A stretch of 64,000 nucleotides of DNA from Eledone cirrhosa (taxonomy: Eukaryota), in assembly GCA_964016885.1 (NCBI GenBank), contig OZ024741.1, positions 9,796,001 through 9,860,000 on the forward strand, written 5' to 3'. A program made the position numbers and the translations under genes. Positions 1 to 13,198 of this stretch are shown here, in pieces. The first letter of the stretch is position 1, and each line of letters opens with the position of its first letter. A model generated the notes under the pieces. The model did no database searches. It saw only the letters and a list, made by a program, of their open reading frames with translations, and had not been told where the DNA came from.

Positions 1-175
1 TAAATGGAACTTCCTCTCATCAAGTCACGTGACATTACAGAGTTCTAGTCCCAGTAACAATTGTTATGTCACTAAATCTCCAGATCAATTGTTGAGTTAA
101 CTAGGGACACCTTCCTTTCTTCTTGCTAGTTCTGTCACCTACACAATATTACTGCTGCCAATAGAGTGACAATGT

Positions 176-177
<2 letters not shown>

Positions 178-245
<68 letters not shown>

Positions 246-332
246 TGTGTGAGTGTGTGTGTATGTGTGTGTGTGAGTGTGTATGTGTGTGTGTGAGTGT
301 GTATGTGTGTGAGTGTGTATGTGTGTGTGTGT

Positions 333-365
<33 letters not shown>
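178..365. repeat. (GT)n microsatellite
   Basis: Dinucleotide run seen directly; the overlapping poly-HT ORFs are artefacts. Confidence 0.95.
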
Positions 366-366
<1 letters not shown>

Positions 367-561
367 TCCGACATAGCGTCATACACATATAATGTATGTG
401 TTGTATACAGGATGTTTATGAAAAACAATTGACAACGTTCCGCTATCAATATTTAAGGTTGTGACCACAGTCACACATCCTTAGTCTTAACAAAAACAAG
501 GGGAAGTAACCGACAACGATGTTCCCCATTGTAAGTGATTGTCACGACTATATATCCACCT

Positions 562-706
562 GTGAAGGTGCATGGCTTAGTGGTTATAGCATTGGGCTTG
601 TAATCGAAAGGTTGTGAGTTAAATTCTCGGACCGGGTGATGTGTTGTCTCCTTGAGCAAGACACTTTATTTCACGTTGCTCCAGTTTACTCAGCTGTAGA
701 AATGAG
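562..706 (+). mobile_element. tRNA-derived SINE (family B), 3'-truncated
   Basis: A-box-like TGGCTTAGTGG, degenerate B-box GAGTTAAATTC, central TCCTTGAGCAAGACACTTTATTTCAC; homologous to 53802-54056 (-). Confidence 0.75.
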
Positions 707-977
707 ATGATAGGACTGGGGTCCTTATCATTAAATTACCCAAGACACCTCCAATGAGATATACCTTGGAGGAGGCCAGCTAAACCTGCATAGGTGTGAG
801 CTGTCACACACACACATAGGTGTGAGCTGTCACACACACATATCCACCTAGTTTCTGCTGAGACAAAAATAAGCTAGAATCTTACAGATATCTCGTCTAT
901 GTATATGAGCTGATGAAGCTAATTTGCATAAGGAGCGGTAACTGACCAGGCTTAAATTAAAAAATTACTATTGGTGC

Positions 978-1437
978 TTCAACATAGCGTTATACACAGA
1001 TATGTGGTATACATTCAACATAGCGTTATACACAGATATGTGGTATACATTCAACATAGCGTTACACACAGATATGTGGTATACATTCAACATAGCATTA
1101 TACACATATATGTGGTATACATTCAACATAGCGTTATACACAGATATGTGGTATACATTCAACATAGCGTTATACACAGATATGTGGTATACATTCAACA
1201 TAGCGTTATACACAGATATGTGGTATACATTCAACATAGCGTTACACACAGATATGTGGTATACATTCAACATAGCGTTATATACAGATATGTGGTATAT
1301 ATTCAACATAGCGTTATACACAGATATGTGGTATACATTCAATATAGCGTTACACACAGATATGTGGTATACATTCAACATAGCGTTATACACAGATATG
1401 TGGTATATATTCAACATAGCGTTATACACAGATATGT
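978..1437. repeat. 36-bp minisatellite, ~13 copies
   Basis: Unit ATTCAACATAGCGTTATACACAGATATGTGGTATAC; explains the 12-aa periodic ORFs. Confidence 0.95.
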
Positions 1438-1832
1438 ATATGTGGTATTCAGTATATCTATGATAAACATTTGATAGACTTTCGCTATGAATTTTATACA
1501 CACACAGACACACTGACACAGACACACACACACACAAACTGATACATACATACACACACATACACACACACAGAGACACACTCATACATTCACACATACA
1601 TACACACATACACACACACACACATACACACTCATACATACACACATACACACACACTACACACTCGCACACATACGCACATACACAAACATATTCATAC
1701 ATACACACATACACGCTCACACAGAGACACACTCATACATACACACAAACATACACACACACACACACACACAAACACACTCATACACACTACACACACA
1801 CATACACACACACACACACGCATATATATATA

Positions 1833-2392
<560 letters not shown>

Positions 2393-2516
2393 ATATAAAT
2401 ATATATATATATATTTGGGTGTTTGTAAATTTATATATATATATAGAGAGAGAGATATTTACACACACTCAAATATATATATTTCACATCTCTCTTTATT
2501 TTTCTTTTGTATCCTT

Positions 2517-2641
<125 letters not shown>

Positions 2642-2728
2642 AGTATGTATACGTACATACATATATGTGTACAGACGCACAGTAGTATGTATATATATAC
2701 ATACATGCACACATATATATATATATAT

Positions 2729-3017
<289 letters not shown>

Positions 3018-3429
3018 AGAAAGGGAAGGATGTGAATGAGTCCAGAAGTAGAATTAGGAAGGAGAAATCTATTGATTAGATATAGGGGAAGGAAGTAAGA
3101 TATAGAGAATGATATACAACTTTTATTGTTTCCTTACACCTTTCTTATGTTTCTTTCTCTCTCTCTCCATCATTCTCTCTATCTTCTTTCCCCTATATCC
3201 CATTAATATATTTCTCCTTCCTAAATCTACTTCTAGAATCCTTCACATCCTTCCCTTTCTCTTTTCGATTCATCTTCAATATTTTTTACCTGACATTCTT
3301 TATAACGTCAATTCTAAATCATCTTTAATTACAAATTATTCACAACTCTCAATTTATACTTTTTATTGTTAATTATCTCTGTTACTATTATTATTATTAT
3401 TATTATTATTATTGTTGTTGTTGTTATTA

Positions 3430-3595
3430 GGGAGGTGGATTGGCAGTATTGGTAGAGCGCCGGAGTTATGGCCCTTTATGTTCTGAGTTCAAATCTCGCC
3501 GAGGTTAACTTTGCTTTTCATCCTTAAGGGGTCGATAAAATAAAGTACCAGTAATGCATTGGGGTAATTGCTAGCTTTGTGCCAAAAGTAGAAAA
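3430..3595 (+). mobile_element. tRNA-derived SINE (family A)
   Basis: TGGCAGTATTGG A-box-like, GAGTTCAAATC B-box, body CTTTGCTTTTCATCC..GGGGTCGATAAAATAAAGTACCAG; ATT repeats on both sides. Confidence 0.8.
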
Positions 3596-3652
3596 TATTA
3601 TGATTATTATTTCGCTTTTGCATCATAGTTTTCACCAGAGAGATGTAAACAT

Positions 3653-3715
<63 letters not shown>

Positions 3716-3717
<2 letters not shown>

Positions 3718-3890
3718 AAGGCGGGTAAAATTCCCGCGATCCCTGGACGAGTTCTCTCCAGCGGTCTCTGTCCCTCATTATCGCTGCCATGTCCTGCGTC
3801 TCCAACAGACCAGTGTCTGTCCTTAAGGCATCAACATACGTTAACCTTGGTCTTCCTCTTCTAGTGTGTCCATGTAGGGGCTCCCGAAGG
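3716..3890 (-). mobile_element. 3' fragment of RTE-group LINE
   Basis: Translation [37 protein letters not shown] is the typical RTE C-terminus (RxRGRP..W). Confidence 0.7.
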
Positions 3891-3981
3891 ATATATATAT
3901 ATATCGGAAGTTGTTTTTCGCTAATTTCCAATAGCCGAAATACGATTCTCGCTAATTTATATTTGTATATATATATATATA

Positions 3982-4128
3982 GGAAAATGCAGAGCTCGAG
4001 CCGTTTCAACGGCTATTTCTCTGCCGTCGGGGTCTTGAACATTTTCATATTACCCACTCTACTACCCAAAGTATTGAGTACTCTGGTGCGTTATGGTCCA
4101 CCTGGTTCCTTACCACACTTCCTTCGTT
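3982..4128 (+). mobile_element. Fold-back mini-element in (TA)n with half-hammerhead
   Basis: Related to the reverse complement of 53519-53571 (GAAAC-GGC..GCC-GTC-GGGGTC); tail carries the CACTC..GAGTA hairpin. Confidence 0.5.
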
Positions 4129-4182
4129 ATATATATATATATATGTGTGTGTATATATATATATATACACAAATATATATAT

Positions 4183-4220
<38 letters not shown>

Positions 4221-4387
4221 TTATATATATATAACCATAAAAGAAATGGTTTCGAGTGTATGAGATGAGAAAGAGTTATGATAAAACAAGCCACTTTGAA
4301 GTAGTCAGTATCGTGTTCTTATTTAACACTTCATTAACAAACCTGTTCTACAGATTACACTAGCTTATGAAAAACTAGCGTGGTGAG

Positions 4388-5839
4388 AAACTCTCAGGTG
4401 AGACAGCAGAAGGTCTTGAGAGAGGAAACTCTCAGGTGAGACAGCAGAAGGTCTTCAGGGAGGAAACTCTCAGGTGAGACAGCAGAAGGTCTTCAGGGAG
4501 GAAACTCTCAGGTGAGACAGCAGAAGGTCTTCAGAGAGGAAACTCTCAGGTGAGACAGCAGAAGGTCTTCAGAGAGGAAACTCTCAGGTGAGACAGCAGA
4601 AGGTCTTCAGAGAGGAAACTCTCAGGTGAGACAGCAGAAGGTCTTCAGAGAGGAAACTCTCAGGTGAGACAGCAGAAGGTCTTCAGCAAGGAAACTCTCA
4701 GGTGAGACAGCAGAAGGTCTTCAGAGAGGAAACTCTCAGGTGAGACAGCAGAAGGTCTTCAGAGAGGAAACTCTCAGGTGAGACAGCAGAAGGTCTTCAG
4801 AGAGGAAACTCTCAGGTGAGACAGCAGAAGGTCTTCAGAGAGGAAACTCTCAGGTGAGACAGCAGAAGGTCTTCAGAGAGGAAACTCTCAGGTGAGACAG
4901 CAGAAGGTCTTCAGGGAGGAAACTCTCAGGTGAGACAGCAGAAGGTCTTCAGAGAGGAAACTCTCAGGTGAGACAGCAGAAGGTCTTCAGAGAGGCAACT
5001 CTCAGGTGAGACAGCAGAAGTTCTTCAGAGAGGAAACTCTCAGGTGAGACAGCAGAAGGTCTTCAGAGAGGAAACTCTCAGGTGAGACAGCAGAAGGTCT
5101 TCAGAGAGGAAACTCTCAGGAGAGCTGGACAGCAGAAGGTCTTCAGAGAGGAAACTCTCAGGTGAGACAGCAGAAGGTCTTCAGCAAGGAAACTCTCAGG
5201 TGAGACAGCAGAAGGTCTTCAGAGAGGAAACTCTCAGGTGAGACAGCAGAAGGTCTTCAGAGAGGAAACTCTCAGGTGAGACAGCAGAAGGTCTTCAGAG
5301 AGGAAACTCTCAGGTGAGACAGCAGAAGGTCTTCAGCAAGGAAACTCTCAGGTGAGACAGCAGAAGGTCTTCAGAGAGGAAACTCTCAGGTGAGACAGCA
5401 GAAGGTCTTCAGAGAGGAAACTCTCAGGTGAGACAGCAGAAGGTCTTCAGAGAGGAAACTCTCAGGTGAGACAGCAGAAGGTCTTCAGAGAGGAAACTCT
5501 CAGGTGAGACAGCAGAAGGTCTTCAGAGAGGAAACTCTCAGGTGAGACAGCAGAAGGTCTTCAGGGAGGAAACTCTCAGGTGAGACAGCAGAAGGTCTTC
5601 AGAGAGGAAACTCTCAGGTGAGACAGCAGAAGGTCTTCAGAGAGGCAACTCTCAGGTGAGACAGCAGAAGTTCTTCAGAGAGGAAACTCTCAGGTGAGAC
5701 AGCAGAAGGTCTTCAGAGAGGAAACTCTCAGGTGAGACAGCAGAAGGTCTTCAGAGAGGAAACTCTCAGGTGAGACAGCAGAAGGTCTTCAGAGAGGAAA
5801 CTCTCAGGTGAGACAGCAGAAGGTCTTCAGAGGGGAAAC
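4388..5839. repeat. 38-bp minisatellite, ~38 copies
   Basis: Unit CTCTCAGGTGAGACAGCAGAAGGTCTTCAGAGAGGAAA, near-identical copies, no spacers. Confidence 0.97.
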
Positions 5840-5949
5840 CCCACTCAAGCAGTTATCAATGTCTGGATTTTGAGTAAGTTGAGTAAATAATAATTTTAAG
5901 TCGCAATTCACCATATGGCACTTATTGGAAAAAAATATACATCCTGACA

Positions 5950-6041
<92 letters not shown>

Positions 6042-6443
6042 ATGTATACGTAAATATCTATGGACAGGCGTGTATATAGATTCACAAACTGACAGACAGA
6101 TCTTTTAAATATTTATTTTCATGATTACTTTATTACAGAAATAAATACATAAATAGTTTGTCTTATTAAAACATGTTAGGATATTTCCCCTATAATTCTA
6201 GATATTCCATCTTCCAAGAATAACTTCATTAAAGTCATCAGTCGAGTTATTAGCGGGAGGGAAGTTGTTGCTGTGTAAACCTCGCTAGAGTGCCAACATA
6301 CTTGACAAGGGAGCCAACACTTTAATCATCTCTCAAATTCTTTTCTTGATGGCAAATGGAGTGACAGACATAAGATGTATCAAATAATATACAGCAGCTT
6401 CCATGTTGTGTATGTATGTATGTATGTATGTATGGGAGAGATG

Positions 6444-6844
6444 ACCCCTTAGCCTTTGTCAAGGCAGAATTCTAGGAGAAGGAAAACTCTGATATAACAC
6501 CTGCAACCCTGATGGTATCCAATGATGTTGAATTGTTCTTCTTTTTGGTAAATATCATCTTGGTTAAGAGAGTGGGACTGGCTTTGTGCAGTGCCTTTGC
6601 TCACTATAAAAGCTTCACAGCACAGGCATTGCTTTATATCTGGAGATCTCTCTGCACTTGTCGTCACATGGTACCATGGGCCCAGCACTATGTGTCAATA
6701 ATTGTCACAAGTGTAGTGTTTGTACCAGAGTTTTCAAGTCGCTGGCTGGACTAAAAAGTCACATTCGTTCAGCGCATTGGTAGGGGTTCTCCTACATGGA
6801 TATAAAGTAGTGGCCGTACTCGAAAACGAGTTGGCAGCCACCAT
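6444..6844 (+). mobile_element. ~400-bp dispersed repeat, copy 1
   Basis: Reverse complement of 39110-39517 with the same boundaries; flanked by microsatellites. Confidence 0.75.
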
Positions 6845-7198
6845 GTATGTATGTGTGTGTGTATATATGTATGCATGTATGTATGTGTGTGTGTATGTAT
6901 GTATGTGTGTGTGTGTGTTTACGTAGGTATGTATGTGCTTGCATGTATGTACGCATGCGTGTGTGTATGTATTATGTATGTATATATGAATGTCTTTTCG
7001 TCCATCTGTCTATCCATCTATCTCTCCCTCTCTCTCTATATATATATACATATATTTACATATGTACACATATACATATATATATGTGTGTGTGAGTGTA
7101 TACATACATTCATACGTACATACATACACACATGTTATAATTATGATGATTATGTTTACCAATAGCAAAGCTCAATGAACATTTTACCAGAGCCTTAA

Positions 7199-7502
<304 letters not shown>

Positions 7503-7515
7503 TATATATATATAT

Positions 7516-7745
7516 ATTAGAAATATAAGCTTTCACCGTATTTTTGACTAAAGAAATTTTTTAGCCTGATAGTGGGATTAAGAACTCCCGGAGAAATGGA
7601 AGAAGATGAGTATTGACGTCAATACTCATCTTTTTCCATTTCTCCGAGGGTTCTTAATCCCACTATCAGGCTAAAAAATTTCTTTAGTCAAAAATACGGT
7701 GAAAGCTTATATTTCTAATTTCAAACTCGCTCACTGTTTCAAAAC
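7516..7745 (+). mobile_element. Fold-back copy of the tRNA-headed element body
   Basis: ~102-bp near-perfect arms centred on GACGTC (7615-7620) plus a tail; right arm and tail match 12474-12605. Confidence 0.8.
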
Positions 7746-7749
7746 ATAC

Positions 7750-7857
<108 letters not shown>

Positions 7858-7909
7858 AAATAAAATTAGAATTTTATTTCTTGCCCTAGCACAGCTGATA
7901 CATAAATGT

Positions 7910-8220
7910 AAGTAACTCAGTAGATGTGTGTATGTAACTCAGTAGATATGTGTGTATGTAACACAGTAGATATGTATGTACTCAGTAGTTTTGTGTGTGT
8001 GTAACTCAGTAGATGTGTGTGTATGTAACTCAGTAGAGGTGTGTATGTAACTCAGTAGATGTGTGTGTATGTAACTCAGTAGCTGTGTGTGTATGTAACT
8101 CAGTAGCTGTGTGTTTATGTAACTCAGTAGCTGTGTGTTTATGTAACTCAGTAGATGTGTGTATGTAACTCAGTAGATGTGTGTGTATGTAACTCAGTAG
8201 ATGTGTGTGTATGTAACTAA
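7910..8220. repeat. 22-24-bp minisatellite
   Basis: Unit GTAACTCAGTAGATGTGTGTGTAT. Confidence 0.9.
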
Positions 8221-8994
8221 AGTGTAACATAAGTTACAAATGGACGAAACACAAGCAGAATTATAATATGTTGACTAAATGATTTTAACTTGTTTTGTAA
8301 CAATTGATGGTAGAAAAGATTTCAAATTGTCAACTTGGGCGGCAACTCATGGTGTCTAACACTCTTAACGGCTAAATAGCCCGGGAGTCTATTTTATCGG
8401 GACCGGCTACATAGCCTTTTCCGTACTGCTTTTAAATTCTAATGCAGTCAACGCCACACAAAGTTCTATCAACGTTCTTTCAAAGACTATGATGTCCACA
8501 CATTTCTCCTCCTCTCAAAGGTGTTTCTCGTTTTCACTTAACTCAAACGAAACTATTAATAACAGTAACATATATCTCTAATTATCTCTTAAGTTCCGTT
8601 AGTATAGTTGAATCTGTTGCAAACATTCGGATTAGTTCTCCAATCTTAAGATTATTTCCTCTTTCTCACTGAACCAAGGCTCCATAAAGTCTAATACGCC
8701 AAACTCTGCCCTACTATCACAATGGCTTCCATTTCTATATAATAGAACTAGAGGTGAAGGAGAGAAGACTGATCAATAGAAATAGTAATAGAAGTTTTCG
8801 GATTTGATCTGAAAGCTTGCATAGAAAGTCAAATGTTACAGACACATCATTGAGGAGGTCACACGATGTGTGGCTAGTCATAGTCCCATAACACATGGCA
8901 ACAGAATAAAATTGTGTTATTTAAAGTTTTGTTTCTAATTTTATTCTGAATTCAATGAAGGAAGACTTTCCTAAACTCAATTCTTCAATACCAC

Positions 8995-9145
8995 CTGTAT
9001 AGAATTATGAAAGTGATGGGGCTGATAGTGTTCCCATCATCGTAATCAATCAGTGTCATTCGGAGCAACAGATTATTCAATGTTGGGCTACAGTTTGGTT
9101 CAGGGGACGAAGGGAACATCAGAACCTGTGGGATCGCCTGTCCTC
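8995..9145 (-). CDS. Weak candidate coding exon of an unidentified gene
   Basis: Pyrimidine tract + AG, open complex frame GQAIPQVLMFPSSPEPNCSPTLNNLLLRMTLIDYDDGNTISPITFIILY, then CAG|GTGGTA (weak donor). Confidence 0.25.
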
Positions 9146-9180
9146 CTAATGTGAGAAAAAACAACAAACAAACATAATAA

Positions 9181-9378
9181 TTCTTTCTAAGTGAGGCTCA
9201 AGACTGACAGTTATGGGGAGGAGGAAAGTTGAGTGCATCGACCCCAGTATGTGGCTGGTATTTTATTTAATGGAACCCGCAAGGATGGAAAGCAAAGCTG
9301 ACCACGTAAAGGTCCGTAAGTAACTGCCGCCAAGCATATTGCCCGACGCTCCAACGATTCTGCTAATTACCCTTCCTT
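9181..9378 (-). mobile_element. tRNA-derived SINE (family A), diverged
   Basis: Homologous to 3430-3595 in reverse (CATCGACCCCAGT..CTGGTA..AAGGATGGAAAGCAAAG..AACGATTCTGCTA on +). Confidence 0.7.
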
Positions 9379-9564
9379 GTCAGAAAACTAATAAGGATAA
9401 TAATTTATTTAATAAGTCACACATTGAAGATGTTATAAAGTAACGAGGGATTAGGTGGCGTTTATGCCTTTCCCAAGATTACTAGAGTTAAGAGACAATG
9501 GACAAGGATACAACTTGTAACCGTCAATATGTTTTGATGTGAACCAACTTCTATGACGTGTGTA

Positions 9565-10280
9565 TGATATGATAATGATGATGATGGGGAGGATGGGGAT
9601 GATGGTGATGGTGGTGGTTATGGTGATGGTGATGATGGTGATGATGATGATGGTGATGGTGATGATAGTGATGGTGATGTTGATGGTGATGATGGTGATG
9701 ATGATGATGGTGATGGTGATGATGGCGATGGTGATGATGGTGATGATGATGATGGTGATGATGGTGGTGATGGTGGTGATGGTGATGGTGATGGTGATGG
9801 TGATGGTGGTGATGGTGATGATGGTGATGGTGATGATGGTGGTGATGGTGGTGATGGTGGTGGTGATGGTGATGGTGATGGTGGTGATGGTGATGATGGT
9901 GATGGTGATGGTGATGGTGATGGTGACGGTGGTGATGGTGGTGATGGTGATGGTGATGGTGATGGTGATGATGGTAATGATGATGGTGGTGATGGTGGTG
10001 GTGGTGATGGTGATGGTGGTGATGGTGATGATGGTGGTGATGGTGGTGATGGTGGTGATGGTGGTGATGGTGATGATGGTGATGGTGATGGTGATGGTGA
10101 TGGTGATGGTGATGATGGTGGTGATGGTGATGATGGTGGTGATGGTGGTGATGGTGATGGTGATGGTGATGATGATGGTGGTGATGATGGTGATGGTGAT
10201 GGTGATGGTGATGATGATGGTGGTGATGATGAGGATGGTGATGGTGATGATGATGATGTTGATGATGGTGATGGTTATCG
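9565..10280. repeat. (GAT/GGT)n trinucleotide tract
   Basis: Seen directly; poly-His and poly-MV ORFs are artefacts. Confidence 0.95.
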
Positions 10281-10539
10281 TGATAGGGGAAGGGTAGGAT
10301 GATGGCGATGGTTAAGGTAGTAAACACTAGTGATGTCGACGATGCCCTAAACCACCACGATGATGATGATGATGGATGACAATAACAAGAACGATGACAA
10401 CAATGACAGCGATGACAGTTGCGACCAACAAACCTTACTTTCTCGTGTCTACTCTAAATATCTCTGGTCCTCATATCTCATATTTTGACAGTCATATGAA
10501 AGGGGTCAGCATTTACTAATTAGAATTTACTTCTTACTC

Positions 10540-11740
10540 ACACCACCCCTGCCCCGCCATAACCACACCTCCCTGTTTACTACCCCACCATACACCACCC
10601 CACACAACCCCACACTACCACCCCTAACACCAGACCTCCCTGTTTACTACCCCACCATACACCACCCCACACTAGCACCCCTCACCCCAACACCAGACTT
10701 CCCTGTTTACTAACCCACCATATAACACCCCACCCACACCATCCAACACTACCACACTAACACGCCTCACCCAGCCCAACCACCAGACCTCAATGTTTAA
10801 TACCCCACCATACCCCACCATTCACCACACCACACCAGCCAACACTACCACCACATCACCTACCCCAACACCAGACCTCCCTGTTTCATCTCCATTTTCT
10901 TCACCACACACCACCACAATATTTACACCAATCATCCCTACTACCACCACCACCACCACCACCACCACACCCCACCAATGATCACCTACCATCTCCATTA
11001 CATCCTCTACCCCCCCCCCCCCACCATTACCACTACCACAACCCAATAATCACCCCACCAACAATCACCTACCACCCATCACACCAACAATCCCGCACTA
11101 CCACCACCACTAACACTACAATCTACCACCACCTCTGCTAGCCCCATCTCTACCACCACCACCACCATCTCTACCATCCCCACCTCTACCACCCCATCTC
11201 TACTACCTCCATCTCTACCAGCCCCACCCCTACAAGCCTCCAACCCCTACAACCACCATCACTACCACCATCACTACCACCACCACCACCACCACCATCT
11301 CTACCACCACCACCACCAATACCACCACCACTTACCACCATCTCTACCACCACCACTACCACCACCACCACCATCACCTCTACCACCACCACCACCTCTA
11401 GCACCACCACCACCACTACCACCACCACCACAACCACCACCACCACTACTACCACCCCCACAACCGCCACCACCACCACCACCTCTACCCCCCCACTATC
11501 TCTACCACCCCCACCACCGCCACCTCCACCCCCACTATCTCTACCACTACCACCACCACCACCACCACCTCTACCCCCACTATCCCTACCACTACCACCA
11601 CCACCACAACCACCATCTCTACCACCACCACCACTTACCACTATCCCTACCACCACCACCACCACCACCATCTCTACCACCACCACCACTACCACCACCA
11701 CTTACCACTATCCCTACCACCAACACCACCACCACCACCC
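10540..11740. repeat. (CCA)n-rich low-complexity tract with short degenerate repeats
   Basis: Seen directly; recurrent CCAGACCTCCCTGTTTACTACCCCACCATA units. Confidence 0.85.
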
Positions 11741-11993
11741 CAAACAAGCCGACCAAACGAGACAGAAGCTGTGTTGTAATTTAAAGTTCTGTATTTCCTC
11801 CTCGGTATCGCTAAAGACATTATATTGAGGGAGGGTAGATTGGGTTAGGGGAGGGTGGCAAACAACACAACGACCACGACAATAATAATTACTGTATTGG
11901 CCACAAGGGCCGACATATAGGCGACAATACAATAGACGGCGACAGTGGAGGGTTTACAGAAAAATCAAGCAAACAATAATGGGATTTAGCCAC

Positions 11994-12138
11994 AGGTACT
12001 TTATTTTAACGACCCCGTAAGGATGAAAGGCAAAGTTAACCTTGACGGGATTTGAACGCAGAACGTAAAGGGACGTAACTCTATATTCCAAAGTATATTG
12101 TCCGATGCTCTACCGATTACTGCCAACCAACCGCCCTA
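11994..12138 (-). mobile_element. tRNA-derived SINE (family A)
   Basis: GGTACTTTATTTTAACGACCCC..GGATGAAAGGCAAAG..GGATTTGAAC..CTGCCAACCAACCGCCCT on +. Confidence 0.8.
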
Positions 12139-12380
12139 ATAATGGCTTCATTTATTGGCCACATGAGCCGCACCGTCCTAATAGTAAAAAATAATAATAA
12201 CAATACTGAGTAAGAAAGGGTTTCTACAGCTGGAAGGTAAATTGTCAAATAAACTCTACCACCTAACGAGATGGTTTCATTATGAGAGTACTTTACACAA
12301 GCTGTCACACGCACATGTACACACAGATATATACATTCACACATGTACACATACACTTATATATATATATATCCAGACCA

Positions 12381-12410
<30 letters not shown>

Positions 12411-12417
<7 letters not shown>

Positions 12418-12605
12418 GTGTAATGGTAGCACAGTGGTCTGGATAACCAAAGGTGTGGGTTCGACTCCCATGTACGTCAATACTCATCTTTTTCCATTTA
12501 TCTGAGGGTTCTAAACCCCATTATCAGGCTAAAATTTCTTTAGTAAAAAAATACGGAGAAAGCTATTCTATTTTCTAATTTCAAACCTGCTCACTGTTTT
12601 AAAAC
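12411..12605 (+). mobile_element. tRNA-headed short element in (TA)n (SINE-like; not a functional tRNA)
   Basis: TGGTGTAATGG A-box, TGGT/ACCA anticodon-like stem, GTGGG-TTCGACT-CCCAT T-arm/B-box, then a 130-bp body shared with 7618-7745. Confidence 0.75.
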
Positions 12606-12733
12606 ATATTTACTTATATATATATATAAATGTAATCTGAGTTTTTTCGAATATTAATAATAACATTCGATTCGTTTGCAATTTTGCAAACAAGCCTAAA
12701 TTTTCTAGCCATGTCAATTTTCTTGCTGTTGTG

Positions 12734-12813
12734 TTGGCATGTGAACAGAACTGCAGACACTAATGTTTCTGGGTATCACCCTTCATCAGTACAACTTACT
12801 GTTCACCTGCCAA
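12734..12813 (-). ncRNA. Type I hammerhead ribozyme with extended stem I
   Basis: Minus strand: TTGGCAGGTGAACAG-TAA-GTTGTA-CTGATGA-A-GGGT-GAT-ACCC-A-GAAAC-ATTAGT-GTC-TGCAGT-T-CTGTTCACATGCCAA; complete core, GUC site, A.A mismatch at 10.1/11.1. Confidence 0.75.
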
Positions 12814-13198
12814 ACTGTCAGAGCTAGTGAAAATATATGCTATTTTCAAAAATACACAGTGACTGATTGGCCTGATTTGCATATCAGCAGACTGGCCAGT
12901 CAGTTTCCTGTATACGAAACTCTTTAGATTTTAGTCTTCAAATTTATTATTATTACTATTACTATTATTATTATTATTATTATTGAATGCTATGTTTGAC
13001 GGAGGCTCAGCTCTGTAAGGTATTGTAAATTTTGACCGCTATAACAATTGTAAATTGTTTAAAACTTTAACCAAATTGTAGACAAAAACACCCTCCTCCT
13101 CGTGAGAGGGGTCTTTCTGCCCGTTATTTGGGCCTTCGGGGTTAAATAACCGCTTATTGGGGTTTTGTGCCCAATATTTATTTTAAACAAAAAAAAAC

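Noticed and set aside
4388-5839. CRISPR-like array or tandem hammerheads (CTGAAGA on -, GAAAC on +)
   Set aside because: No spacers and no cas genes; the two core halves are on opposite strands
6200-6300. Complex-looking short frames on both strands (also 11760-11815 and 42265-42545)
   Set aside because: Stops or poor splice sites; cannot be supported without a search
8370-8420. Twister-like CCGGTCCC on minus
   Set aside because: No matching P1/P2 or pseudoknots; better explained by two GGCTA-NN-TAGCC palindromes, perhaps a DNA-transposon relic
9551-10327. Poly-histidine ORF
   Set aside because: Trinucleotide microsatellite with no gene context
12411-12479. Functional tRNA gene
   Set aside because: 5' acceptor strand is replaced by TA repeat and it is fused to a repeated body; treated as a SINE-like head
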